64,000 nt of DNA from an uncultured archaeon (GTDB lineage Archaea; Aenigmatarchaeota; Aenigmatarchaeia; GW2011-AR5; JAHLMP01): assembly GCA_964428495.1 (NCBI GenBank), contig CAYRXY010000002.1, positions 19,784 to 83,783 of the forward strand. Reading direction: 5' to 3'. Below, piece by piece: positions 9,196 to 18,089 of the stretch. Below the pieces are notes generated by a model, which worked only from the letters and a program-made list of their open reading frames with translations, made no database searches and was not told where the DNA came from. Within the stretch, counting starts at the first letter, position 1; every line of letters begins with the position of its first letter. Both the position numbers and the translations under genes were made by a program.

Positions 9196-9993
9196 TTATA
9201 TAAAGTCCTTTAAATCATGCTTAAGCTTTTCTAACGAGTCTATATCTATCTTCATAAAATCATCAGCTGGTATAGTTTTTACCCCGGTTTCCCTTTCCAT
9301 TATTTTTGCTTGTTTGTAGACATCAGCTCGTAGTATCCAAAATGAAAAGTGGGATAAAATCACAAGTTTAGGTTTGTCATTTAAATTGTTGATAAATGAT
9401 ATTGCTCCGTCTAACGTCATGTGCTTTTTCGGCAAAGGCTTTTCTCCATGAGGAGCCAATACGTTCATTATCATTATATCACTTCCTTCGAATGGTTTTT
9501 CTTGACCTTCAAAATATGGACCATCCGATGTATAGCCAATTATTCTTGAGCCAGAAATTTTGAAACCAACGGTCGGAACGTAATGATCTGCCTTTGTTGT
9601 TTCGACTTTAATTCCATTGGGAAGTTCCACCTTACTTCCAGGGTCAACGATCATAAGACTCTTTACCTTTTTTAGATGATATTTTGATACTACTGGATAT
9701 CGATCTTCGCTTTGTTCGACACAATGCCTTTCTGCAACTAAAAATGGATCCTTTATGCCATCTAAATATACATTTACATCGTTTGAATGATCTATATGCA
9801 GATGAGATAGTAATATACCATGGGGTTCTGGTAGTTTTAATTTTCTGAACCAAACCAAGGATCCTGGCCCCGGATCAATTATGAACCTCAAATCATCTAA
9901 GGAGACATAAATTCCGCCTGTAGCTCTAACTTGAGCATATAGAACGCTACGGCCTCCCCCAGTACCTAGAAATACTAAGTAGTTTTTCATCAA
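9196..9993 (-). CDS. MBL-fold metallo-hydrolase
   Basis: FLGTGGG start and HLHIDHSND (HxHxDH) metallo-beta-lactamase motif. Substrate not assignable. Confidence 0.8.
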   Translation of the reverse strand: MMKNYLVFLGTGGGRSVLYAQVRATGGIYVSLDDLRFIIDPGPGSLVWFRKLKLPEPHGILLSHLHIDHSNDVNVYLDGIKDPFLVAERHCVEQSEDRYPVVSKYHLKKVKSLMIVDPGSKVELPNGIKVETTKADHYVPTVGFKISGSRIIGYTSDGPYFEGQEKPFEGSDIMIMNVLAPHGEKPLPKKHMTLDGAISFINNLNDKPKLVILSHFSFWILRADVYKQAKIMERETGVKTIPADDFMKIDIDSLEKLKHDLKDFI

Positions 9994-10038
9994 ACCACCG
10001 AGATGTTATATAAATTATATTCATAATTTTAATTAATT

Positions 10039-10569
10039 ATGTCTACCATTGTCATATCTGGGTTATCCGGAACGGGAAAGACAACTATTGCAAGAAAATT
10101 AGCAAAGAAATTAGGAATAGATTACTTTTCAGTTACTGATCTTTTTAGGGATATATATCCAAGGGATAAAGAGCTTGAAAGAATAATCAAAATATGGAGG
10201 GAGTATAAGATTACTAAAGCGACCCAACTTAAAATAGAAAATTCTCAAATTCAGGTAGCAAAAAGAGGTAATGTCGTCATAGACGGAGAAATAGCAATAT
10301 ACGTCTTAAGGCGCGTGCCTTCATTTAAGATTTGGCTAACAGCAGAAGAATCTATAAGAGTTGAACGGATAGCAAAACGTGATGGATTTGGTATTGAGGA
10401 AGCTAGAACGATACTTGCGAAGAAGGAGAGGTATGAATCGGAATTTTTTAGAAAATTTTATGGAATCAAATTAAATATTTTAGATACTTATGCAGATTTC
10501 ACAATAGATACATCGTTTCTTCCTACAGAGGAAATTATAAATAAGATCATACGTGTTATGCCAAAATAA
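10039..10569 (+). CDS. cmk: archaeal-type cytidylate kinase (AAA/P-loop NMP kinase)
   Basis: P-loop ISGLSGTGKTTIARKLAKKLG. Size (176 aa) and IWLTAEESIRVERIAKRDG resemble archaeal Cmk. Confidence 0.8.
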   Translation: MSTIVISGLSGTGKTTIARKLAKKLGIDYFSVTDLFRDIYPRDKELERIIKIWREYKITKATQLKIENSQIQVAKRGNVVIDGEIAIYVLRRVPSFKIWLTAEESIRVERIAKRDGFGIEEARTILAKKERYESEFFRKFYGIKLNILDTYADFTIDTSFLPTEEIINKIIRVMPK

Positions 10570-10597
10570 TTTAAATAAGAAGTGAAATAATTCTTTT

Positions 10598-10861
10598 ATG
10601 TATCACAAGTTTGATTGGCGACTCACTTCTACTATTATTGGTATTGTCATTCTCATTGCTCTTATAGGTATCTTCTTCTTTAGATCAACACAGAGTAAAA
10701 CACAAGAGACTTTACCACCAATAACAGGAGGATTTATAGAGGGTTCTACTCCTAAGGATACCGGAGATATTGCTTCAGCTGCTGTGTGTGGTGATGGGTT
10801 TTGTGTACCAGAAGTCGAAAATTGTACTTCCTGTCCTTATGATTGTGGCGTTTGTGAATAA
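10598..10861 (+). CDS. small membrane-anchored protein with C-terminal 6-Cys module
   Basis: TM IIGIVILIALIGIFFF followed by CGDGFCVPEVENCTSCPYDCGVCE. Confidence 0.5.
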   Translation: MYHKFDWRLTSTIIGIVILIALIGIFFFRSTQSKTQETLPPITGGFIEGSTPKDTGDIASAAVCGDGFCVPEVENCTSCPYDCGVCE

Positions 10862-10873
10862 AATCTTCTAAAG

Positions 10874-10956
10874 CGCTGGGGCTGGGATTCGAACCCAGGC
10901 AGGCATACGCCAACGGGCTTAGCAAGCCCGCGCCTTAACCGCTCGGCCACCCCAGC
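10874..10956 (-). tRNA. tRNA-Ser (anticodon GCU)
   Basis: Reverse complement folds as a cloverleaf. Acceptor GCTGGGG/CCCCAGC, anticodon stem CGGGC/GCCCG with loop TTGCTAA, long variable arm (GGC..GCC), T-loop TTCGAAT. No encoded CCA. Confidence 0.93.
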
Positions 10957-11017
10957 ACTTAATATTAATGAGAGAATAAATAAAAATACTTTTTCTTTAA
11001 ACAAACTTTTTAAATTC

Positions 11018-12202
11018 ATGACGCTTAGAAATATTATGGACGAGTTTACTATGTTTCTTGTTATAGGATTGATATTCATAGTTCTAGCATTTGTATTTCT
11101 CGGTCCTTGGTCTCATTTTGAAATTACTACAATAAATACTTCTCAAGAAAACCATACAGAAACAACTACAACCTTACCGATTATCACAGTGAATAAGGAA
11201 GGGAAGCTGGTCGGGCCTCAGAAGGTCGATGTATGGAGATCGTTTGATCTTGGTAAAATAAATGTAAGTTATGGTTCATACGAGCACGTGACTGGAATTG
11301 AACAGAAAAAGATTTATAATGGGGTATTGTTTGGCTCAAGTAAGATTGAAATGAATGTAGATATAGATAAGGAGAATTTATTGGGTGGTTACGTTCAATT
11401 CAAGGTTGATGATACAAACGGATATGGACCTCTTATTATAAAGTTTAATGATCTTGTCTTGAATAAATCAAGATTCGCTCCTGGTGTGTATAAGATTATG
11501 ATCGACAAAGGAATGATAGAAAAATCAAATAAACTAGAGATAGAGGCAGGTTCCTCATCTTGGAAGATATGGGCACCAACGGTCTATGATTTAAGTGGTG
11601 TGAAGTTTGTCTACCTAACCCACTACTCAGTTCCTAATACCATCAAGTTTACATTGTATCCTGATGAGTATCATAATTTAGAGGGTAAAACAGGAAGATT
11701 AGTTTTAGATCTTTCGGAGCATAAAGGTACACTGAACATTGATTTGAATGGTAAAAATATATTTCGTAACGAGACTAAAACCTATCAAGTTATATCCTTC
11801 AATGAAAGCATGCTCCTGCCAGGGGAAAATGAGATTCAATTATATTCAGAAGGAAATAGCTTAATTCAAGGAGATGTTAGACTTATCATATATTATACTA
11901 CAGAGAGAGAAAATCAATTTGAAAAGACATTTTTTGTTTCATCAGATGATTTTGAGAAACTTAATACAACTCATGGGACAATCGAATTTAATGTCACATC
12001 CGTAATTAATGATGGTGGGATGGCAGTAGAAATAGAGGATTCTGATGGAAATCTCCATACAGTTGGTTATGAGCTTACTACTCCAGGAATGCATGTGCTT
12101 TATTTCAATAGTACACAGTGTACAGAAGAGTATAACAAACTTTTGATAAAATCTGTTGACAGCGGAACCTTCTGGATTAATGACGTTTCTATAAACATTT
12201 AA
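11018..12202 (+). CDS. hypothetical N-terminally anchored extracytoplasmic protein (394 aa)
   Basis: N-terminal TM FLVIGLIFIVLAFVFLG, then a long Thr/Asn-rich soluble domain with many N-x-S/T sequons. Confidence 0.6.
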   Translation: MTLRNIMDEFTMFLVIGLIFIVLAFVFLGPWSHFEITTINTSQENHTETTTTLPIITVNKEGKLVGPQKVDVWRSFDLGKINVSYGSYEHVTGIEQKKIYNGVLFGSSKIEMNVDIDKENLLGGYVQFKVDDTNGYGPLIIKFNDLVLNKSRFAPGVYKIMIDKGMIEKSNKLEIEAGSSSWKIWAPTVYDLSGVKFVYLTHYSVPNTIKFTLYPDEYHNLEGKTGRLVLDLSEHKGTLNIDLNGKNIFRNETKTYQVISFNESMLLPGENEIQLYSEGNSLIQGDVRLIIYYTTERENQFEKTFFVSSDDFEKLNTTHGTIEFNVTSVINDGGMAVEIEDSDGNLHTVGYELTTPGMHVLYFNSTQCTEEYNKLLIKSVDSGTFWINDVSINI

Positions 12203-12236
12203 TTTCTTTAAACTTTCAGTATGATAAATTCTTTTT

Positions 12237-13253
12237 ATGAAGATACTCACTTATAATAAGAAAAAGAAACTGATGAAGATAAAAGTTGAGACGGAGGAAG
12301 ATCTATACGTTCTTGAAAAGATTCTGAAAGCAGGTGATGAAATCGAAGGTAAGACATCAAGAAGTATAGTAATTAGAAGAGGTGATGAAAAGATCAAAGC
12401 AGAAAGAAGATCAATCATAGTCAAAATCAAAGTCGAAGGAGCAAAACTCAGTAATGACGGTCGTGAACTTAGAGTTAAAGGAAAAATAATAGAGGGACCA
12501 GAAGACGTTGAATTTTCATATCATACATTTGAAATTTTACCTGGTACTGAGGTTAAAATTTGGCACGACTGGAGGAATTATGAAATTGATAAACTTAGAG
12601 AGTTGAAAGTGAGAGTTCCAAAGGTTCTCATACTTGTTCTTGATGATGAAGAGTGTGATATAGCCTTATTTGATGGTTCTCTAAAACTTCAAGGATCTAT
12701 AAAGGGAGTGAGTGGTAGAAAGTCTGAAGATACAGAGGAGCGACGGAAAGTATATTTAGGGAAAGTTTTGAAGTTCATTGGAGATTCGAATTTTGAGAAA
12801 CTTATTATTGTTGGTCCAGGTTTTACTAAAGATGAATTGGTGAAAATGATAAGGGAGAAAGATAAGAAACTTTTAGATAAGATAATTTTAGATTCTGTTT
12901 CTCATGTTGGTGAGCCCGGTATAAATGAAGTTTTCAAGAGAGGAATCATAGAAAGAGTTGTTGAAAATTCTATAATGGTTAAGGAAACGAGGATTGTTGA
13001 AAGATTTTTTGAAGCTCTCTCTAAGAACGAAATGGTTGTTTATGGAATAAAGGAAGTCGAGGAGGCTGTTAGTATGAGAGCGGTTGATACGCTTCTTATT
13101 TCTGACAAGCTAGTTCATGACAATCAAAGTTTATTAGAAAGTGCCGAAAAGTTTGGTGCTAAAGTAAAAATTATTTCAACTAAACACGACGCAGGTAAAC
13201 GATTTCTTGGCATTGGAGGAATTGGCGCGTTTTTAAGATTTAGGGTAAAGTAA
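12237..13253 (+). CDS. pelA: mRNA surveillance protein Pelota (aRF1-like)
   Basis: KIKVETEEDLYVLEKILKAGDEIEGKTSR N-domain and GPGFTKDE central motif. 338 aa. Confidence 0.9.
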   Translation: MKILTYNKKKKLMKIKVETEEDLYVLEKILKAGDEIEGKTSRSIVIRRGDEKIKAERRSIIVKIKVEGAKLSNDGRELRVKGKIIEGPEDVEFSYHTFEILPGTEVKIWHDWRNYEIDKLRELKVRVPKVLILVLDDEECDIALFDGSLKLQGSIKGVSGRKSEDTEERRKVYLGKVLKFIGDSNFEKLIIVGPGFTKDELVKMIREKDKKLLDKIILDSVSHVGEPGINEVFKRGIIERVVENSIMVKETRIVERFFEALSKNEMVVYGIKEVEEAVSMRAVDTLLISDKLVHDNQSLLESAEKFGAKVKIISTKHDAGKRFLGIGGIGAFLRFRVK

Positions 13254-13286
13254 ACATTTAAATATGTGTATTGCAGGGTATATATC

Positions 13287-13388
13287 ATGGAATATGACAT
13301 TCCTAGATGTGAAGTTTGTGGAACACCATTAATAAAGATCGGTGACTCTTGGGTTTGCATTGTTTGTGAGCCATTTGATGAAGTGTAA
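13287..13388 (+). CDS. candidate 33-aa zinc-ribbon mini-protein
   Basis: Not in the ORF track. ATG..TAA translates to MEYDIPRCEVCGTPLIKIGDSWVCIVCEPFDEV (CxxC-x12-CxxC). Lies in an otherwise empty 200-nt gap. Confidence 0.35.
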   Translation: MEYDIPRCEVCGTPLIKIGDSWVCIVCEPFDEV

Positions 13389-13452
13389 AGTCTTTTTTTG
13401 TTTCTCCTTTTCTAATGTTAGAGCTTTAAAATGTTATTATTTATTAGTTATT

Positions 13453-13938
13453 ATGATAGTTTCGAATATACCTATTATGAAGCCGTTTCCAGAAGGTAAA
13501 GGGGAAATCTACGATTTTGTAGTGGTGAATGAGACGTATGGTGATGGCTTATTTTCTGCTATTGGAATTCCTGTACTTCCAGAAAGTCATTTGAAAGAAA
13601 GTCTAATGCGCAGATTATATGGTGATTTTACGTTAAAAAATGTTGGGAGAATTGTTATTTATGAATTCCCTTCTGATATAAAATCAGTAGAAATGAAAAA
13701 ATTGATTGAAGAAGTGGAAAGCGCTACATTATATAATAATATAGATGTTTTTGTCATAAACCCACCACAACAACACTGGATTATTGATCCAGTAAAAGGT
13801 AAGGTTCCAGTAGGGCCTTACGATCCCGATGACGAAAGAAAACGCTTGGAAAAGGTCGTATTAGAACTCGGTTACGAGAAGAAGACATACCCTAATCCGT
13901 TTGACATGGGAACAAGATATGTGAAAGATTTGGAATAG
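13453..13938 (+). CDS. hypothetical protein (about 160 aa)
   Basis: ORF 13342..13938. The first 37 codons are hydrophobic junk overlapping the mini-ORF, so ATG 13453 or 13477 is more plausible. Confidence 0.55.
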   Translation: MIVSNIPIMKPFPEGKGEIYDFVVVNETYGDGLFSAIGIPVLPESHLKESLMRRLYGDFTLKNVGRIVIYEFPSDIKSVEMKKLIEEVESATLYNNIDVFVINPPQQHWIIDPVKGKVPVGPYDPDDERKRLEKVVLELGYEKKTYPNPFDMGTRYVKDLE

Positions 13939-13970
13939 TTTAGCTGATATATCAAATACATTCTAAAAAT

Positions 13971-15164
13971 TTATTCACCAAATATCTCCCTAATAACCTT
14001 TTTAGCATCGAACTTTTCCAGATCTTCGTAACCTTGCCCTGTTCCTAGAAAGAGAATGGGCTTTCGAATTGCGAACACAGCAGAGATAGCAGCTCCTCCC
14101 TTTTCGTATACATCTGCTTTTGTAAGAATTATTGTATCTATTCCCACTGTCTCATCAAATTTTTTAGCTTGCTCTACTACATCGTTTCCAGTAAGTGAAT
14201 CTAGAACCAGAATCTTTAGATCGGGTTGATTAACTCTACATACTTTCTTAAGCTCATCCATCAAATTTGCATTTGCGTGACTCCTACCTGCTGTATCCGC
14301 TAGGACTACTGAATTTGGAACTTTTTTTGCATGTTCTCGTGCATCGTAAATCACAGCAGCTGAATCAGCTCCATACGTATGTTTTATGACTTCACATCCA
14401 AGATTCTTTCCATGAATCTCAAGCTGCTCTATGCTTGCGGCCCTAAATGTATCTCCAGCAGCCAAAATAGGAGTGTAGCCTCTCCTTTTTAACCAGTAAG
14501 CAACCTTTGCTAAGGTTGTTGTTTTTCCAGTTCCATTGAATCCAAGAAATATTATTATTGGTACTTTTCCTTCGTTATTTGCTTTGTTTATGATATTTTC
14601 AATATCAATTTTTGGTACGTCGAAAATATCGATAATAGATTTTTCCAGAGTTTCCATAACAACTTTTTCAATTTCACCACGCTTAATGACCTTTCCTATC
14701 AACGCATTCTTTACATCATTACAAATCTTTTCAGTAACATCGAACGCAACATCACATTTAAGTAATGTGAATTTTAGATCGTTAAGAAATTTCTCGATAT
14801 CTTTTTCTTTCAGCTCTTTTTTTGTAATTTTTTCTAACAAGCCAATCTTTTTCGGTTCTCCGGTTTTTTGTTCTTCACTAACTTTTTTCACTTTTCTTGG
14901 CTCTTTTGTTATAATTTTTGGTTTTGCTTCAACTTTTTTCTCTCGTTCTTTACTAAGTTCCTCTTCCGACTTTTCCAATTTTAATTCTTCCTTCTTTTGG
15001 ATTTCTTCTGTTTTAGCTTCTTCAATGGTTTTCTCTTCCTTTAACTCTTCAGTCGGGACCTCTTTTAGTTCTGTTTCCTTCGTCTTCTCCTCGACTTTTT
15101 CCTCTATTTCTTCCTTACTTTTCTTTAGCAAACCTTTGAGTTTTTCTTTGAGGAATTTGAACAT
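13971..15164 (-). CDS. ftsY: signal recognition particle receptor FtsY
   Basis: K/E-rich N-terminal domain, then NG domain: FLGFNGTGKTTTLAKVAYW, AAGDTFRAASIEQL, DTAGR, LTKAD. Confidence 0.95.
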   Translation of the reverse strand: MFKFLKEKLKGLLKKSKEEIEEKVEEKTKETELKEVPTEELKEEKTIEEAKTEEIQKKEELKLEKSEEELSKEREKKVEAKPKIITKEPRKVKKVSEEQKTGEPKKIGLLEKITKKELKEKDIEKFLNDLKFTLLKCDVAFDVTEKICNDVKNALIGKVIKRGEIEKVVMETLEKSIIDIFDVPKIDIENIINKANNEGKVPIIIFLGFNGTGKTTTLAKVAYWLKRRGYTPILAAGDTFRAASIEQLEIHGKNLGCEVIKHTYGADSAAVIYDAREHAKKVPNSVVLADTAGRSHANANLMDELKKVCRVNQPDLKILVLDSLTGNDVVEQAKKFDETVGIDTIILTKADVYEKGGAAISAVFAIRKPILFLGTGQGYEDLEKFDAKKVIREIFGE

Positions 15165-15231
15165 AAGTATATTCTTACATTTATTCTTTTAATCTTTATG
15201 AAGAAGTTAAAAAGAAAAAGTAAAAAAATGT

Positions 15232-15804
15232 TTATTTTTTCTTCTTTTTAGATTTCATTTCTCGTACCTCTGGTACAGGAAACATCGGATATCCTATTTT
15301 TGCTATATCTACAATGGCATTTGAATTCTTTACTCCGTTCAACACCATAGCAAGGTAGGCTCCGAGATCTGCCATAGTTCTGTAGTAGCCCATTGGCTCC
15401 TCTCCACTCCTCCCTTTATCTTCGTACGCCTTACCTATAGTCAAAATGGCTCCCATATGAGAGTACGGATCAACGCCGTATGCAGGGTAAAATCCAGAGT
15501 CCATACTTTGTGTTGAAGTTCTAGTTTTGCGTGAGCCAGTACTTCTCTTGCTTTTTGTCGTTTCTTTAGGAGTTTTCTTTGGGCTTTGATTATTTTGGAT
15601 ATATTGGAGTATTTCTTTTTGATTCTTACCGAATTCAACTAAAACATTGTTTATATTTTCTATACTTTTTTCTAATCCTTTGTACATATTTCCCAATTGT
15701 TCATATCCTTTTTCCAAATTTTCTATTCTTTCTTCTAAATCGCTATAATCCTTCTCTTCTATTTCGTTTTTTCTCCAATTTAGCCAACGAAACATTTTCA
15801 CCAC
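15232..15804 (-). CDS. hypothetical coiled-coil protein (190 aa)
   Basis: N-terminal heptad region, basic S/T-rich linker, C-terminal PAYGVDPYSHMGAILTIGKAYEDK module. SD GGTGGTGA. Confidence 0.55.
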   Translation of the reverse strand: MVKMFRWLNWRKNEIEEKDYSDLEERIENLEKGYEQLGNMYKGLEKSIENINNVLVEFGKNQKEILQYIQNNQSPKKTPKETTKSKRSTGSRKTRTSTQSMDSGFYPAYGVDPYSHMGAILTIGKAYEDKGRSGEEPMGYYRTMADLGAYLAMVLNGVKNSNAIVDIAKIGYPMFPVPEVREMKSKKKKK

Positions 15805-15813
15805 CTAAGAGCA

Positions 15814-16416
15814 TTAAACATACATAGGTACTTCATTCTTCTCATTCTTTTTCTTTGAATTCTTCTCTTTAGGGTTGATAATCTCCTTTAGAGTCCTCTG
15901 ATTATATTTCATAAGCCTTTCCAGAGACTTCATCATTTTTTCATATTTATCAATACTTAGGCCAACTGTCTCCAAAGCAGCCATAAGTGGGTATGAATAT
16001 CCAGCTATTATTTCTCTTATAGCTTCTGGGTCGTATCCACCAGCAGGAATTATAATTGGTTGTGGTGGCTGATATGGTGGTACTATAGGTTCAATAGGTG
16101 TTTCTGGGCTTGGCTCTCCTGGTTCTGTTGGTTGCTTTGGAGGATTTTCAGGCTCTTCAACATCCGGTATACTAGGCTCATAAACCTTTTGCCTTTCCTC
16201 CATAGATTCTTTTATTTTTTCGTAAGCCTCATTTATCGTATCTTTATAATCCTCGTAAAAATTTTTCTTAGCATCATACTTTCCATCAATATAGGTGTCT
16301 ATAGGAAACGTTTCCATCAAAATATCCAAGATTGATACAGGTGTATTTCCAAGGGCTTCGGATATTGCATCTTGATTATTCATTTCATATCCAACATTTT
16401 GTTTTTTTTCCATCAT
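15814..16416 (-). CDS. hypothetical Pro-rich protein (200 aa)
   Basis: Acidic Pro-rich linker PDVEEPENPPKQPTEPGEPSPETPIEP. PAGGYDP..YSYPLMAALETVGLSIDKYEK module similar to the neighbouring gene. SD GGTGGTGA. Confidence 0.55.
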   Translation of the reverse strand: MMEKKQNVGYEMNNQDAISEALGNTPVSILDILMETFPIDTYIDGKYDAKKNFYEDYKDTINEAYEKIKESMEERQKVYEPSIPDVEEPENPPKQPTEPGEPSPETPIEPIVPPYQPPQPIIIPAGGYDPEAIREIIAGYSYPLMAALETVGLSIDKYEKMMKSLERLMKYNQRTLKEIINPKEKNSKKKNEKNEVPMYV

Positions 16417-16498
16417 TCACCACCAAGTAGTTAAAACTAAATAACTATTATCCACAAGTATTTAAATACTTTTCGGTAGTGAAAGATATATGTCAGAA

Positions 16499-17083
16499 CT
16501 ATATGATTCTTCTCATCTTGTGAATTTCAGCCTCTAATTCAATTTTTCTTTGAATTAATTTACCTCTTTCCGCCGTGAGTGTTTTCACTCTTTGCTTTTC
16601 GTCTTCTGTTGCAGTTCGGCTAGCTATTTTTTGATTCAATACAGCAAGCTCTCTATCGATTTCATTTATAGATTGGAGGACTGCATCCCTTTCGATATTC
16701 AAGTCTCTGATAACTCCATATTTCCCTAAGAAGCTCTTCCCACCGAGTTTTTTCATTGAATCTCTAGAAATGAACCTGCTTACGAAGAATAAAACACCTG
16801 CAAATATTAAGAATAATACTATATAGCTCGATGTAAACGCCGCGAAGGAGCCATACCACCCGTTTGCAACTATTACTAAGAAAAGCGCTATGATCATCAC
16901 TTCCTTCAGTTTATTATGTCCTCGAATAAATATTTTGACAACAAAATCTAGAAATATTATAAGGACGATAGCGGGTAGAATTACCAAATTTGTTATATCC
17001 TTTAGGAAATTTCCTGTAATCATTTCTGGAGGTATTCTTAGTATTGTCTCAAGTATCGTGTTTGCGATCTGACCATATACCAT
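16499..17083 (-). CDS. hypothetical membrane protein with C-terminal coiled coil (194 aa)
   Basis: Three or four hydrophobic helices, then the heptad-rich tail INEIDRELAVLNQKI..KIELEAEIHKM. Confidence 0.6.
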   Translation of the reverse strand: MVYGQIANTILETILRIPPEMITGNFLKDITNLVILPAIVLIIFLDFVVKIFIRGHNKLKEVMIIALFLVIVANGWYGSFAAFTSSYIVLFLIFAGVLFFVSRFISRDSMKKLGGKSFLGKYGVIRDLNIERDAVLQSINEIDRELAVLNQKIASRTATEDEKQRVKTLTAERGKLIQRKIELEAEIHKMRRII

Positions 17084-17123
17084 TTATACCACAATTATCC
17101 TTTGTAGCCCCTTATTTAAAAAA

Positions 17124-17468
17124 TTATTTTAACAATGGTAATGAGCTCGTGACCTTATCTATCTTTTCTTCTTTATCGGGTCCTATTACTAAGCAAGTTA
17201 TTGTTCCTGATGGTACCTCTGTCTTTCCGGCATCTCTAACAAGGTATGCCTTTAATTTTAATTTATCTGCCTTTACCTTGAGTTTTTTTAATTCTTCTAA
17301 ATTCTTCGCCCTAAGAACAATCTTCTTTTCCCCTTCTAGTTCCCATCTTTTTCTCTTCATCCAAGATGCGTTTTTATATCCAATTATTGATCCATGACAG
17401 CATTGAGCAATCAGCTTTCCAGTAGAAAGTTTTAAATCGTCTCGAACAACCAATACCTGCTTATACAT
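17124..17468 (-). CDS. pth2: peptidyl-tRNA hydrolase, archaeal Pth2 type
   Basis: VVRDDLKLSTGKLIAQCCHGS and DAGKTEVPSGTITCLVIGP are Pth2 signatures. 114 aa. Confidence 0.9.
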   Translation of the reverse strand: MYKQVLVVRDDLKLSTGKLIAQCCHGSIIGYKNASWMKRKRWELEGEKKIVLRAKNLEELKKLKVKADKLKLKAYLVRDAGKTEVPSGTITCLVIGPDKEEKIDKVTSSLPLLK

Positions 17469-17487
17469 AAAATTAATTTGTAATAAC

Positions 17488-18048
17488 TCATTTTAAGCTT
17501 TCTAGAATCGGAACTTCGTACTCTACAAAGCATATTGCCACTAAAGACGTTGCATATCTCTTTTTAGGCACAAAGCTCTCCATGTACATCTCTCTTTTTG
17601 CAATTTCATATTTATCTTTATCAAATCTAGATTCGAACATCTCGTCTAAGCTACTATTTAGAATATCTTTAGCTTCACCATAAGAACCATGACCCCCGTA
17701 CTCGGCTACCAGTCCTAGAACTCTTTTCTGAGTCTCTATATTATTTACCCATCCAATCACTAACCCAGAAGTAACTCTTTTGTTATTTTGTGTGTTAGAA
17801 ACTGCAGCTATTGTTTCAACAACAGCGCCATGCTCCACACCTTTTTTGTCTATTTCAACCGCATCTGGCGGTATTATAGATGAGTAAAAAAGAAAATTAT
17901 AATTTTCTATTCCAGCATTTCTTAATGCAAGATCAAAAGAACCGGCATGGATCTGAATATCACTTTCGCCGTGCCCAGATGTTATAAAATACTTTTTCGG
18001 TTTCCTATTTCCTATTTTAATCTTTTCCATATGTATGACAATCCCCAA
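17488..18048 (-). CDS. pdaD: pyruvoyl-dependent arginine decarboxylase
   Basis: SGHGES..HAGSFDLALRNAGIENYNFLFYSSIIPP matches the PdaD self-cleavage region (Ser-Ser). Confidence 0.85.
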   Translation of the reverse strand: MGIVIHMEKIKIGNRKPKKYFITSGHGESDIQIHAGSFDLALRNAGIENYNFLFYSSIIPPDAVEIDKKGVEHGAVVETIAAVSNTQNNKRVTSGLVIGWVNNIETQKRVLGLVAEYGGHGSYGEAKDILNSSLDEMFESRFDKDKYEIAKREMYMESFVPKKRYATSLVAICFVEYEVPILESLK

Positions 18049-18089
18049 AAATATAAAAAATTTAATTTTATAGTCTCTATTGTGATGAC

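Noticed and set aside
10837-11079. 80-aa minus-strand ORF
   Set aside because: It reads through tRNA-Ser (10874..10956), so the open frame is a by-product of the GC-rich tRNA. The same holds for 60428..60613 and 60542..60724 across the 5S rRNA, and 25255..25446 across rpl37ae/tRNA-Leu.
14536-15192. 218-aa plus-strand ORF
   Set aside because: It is entirely antisense to ftsY. Its S/F/I-rich low-complexity translation is the mirror image of the K/E-rich FtsY N-domain, and it has no start context.
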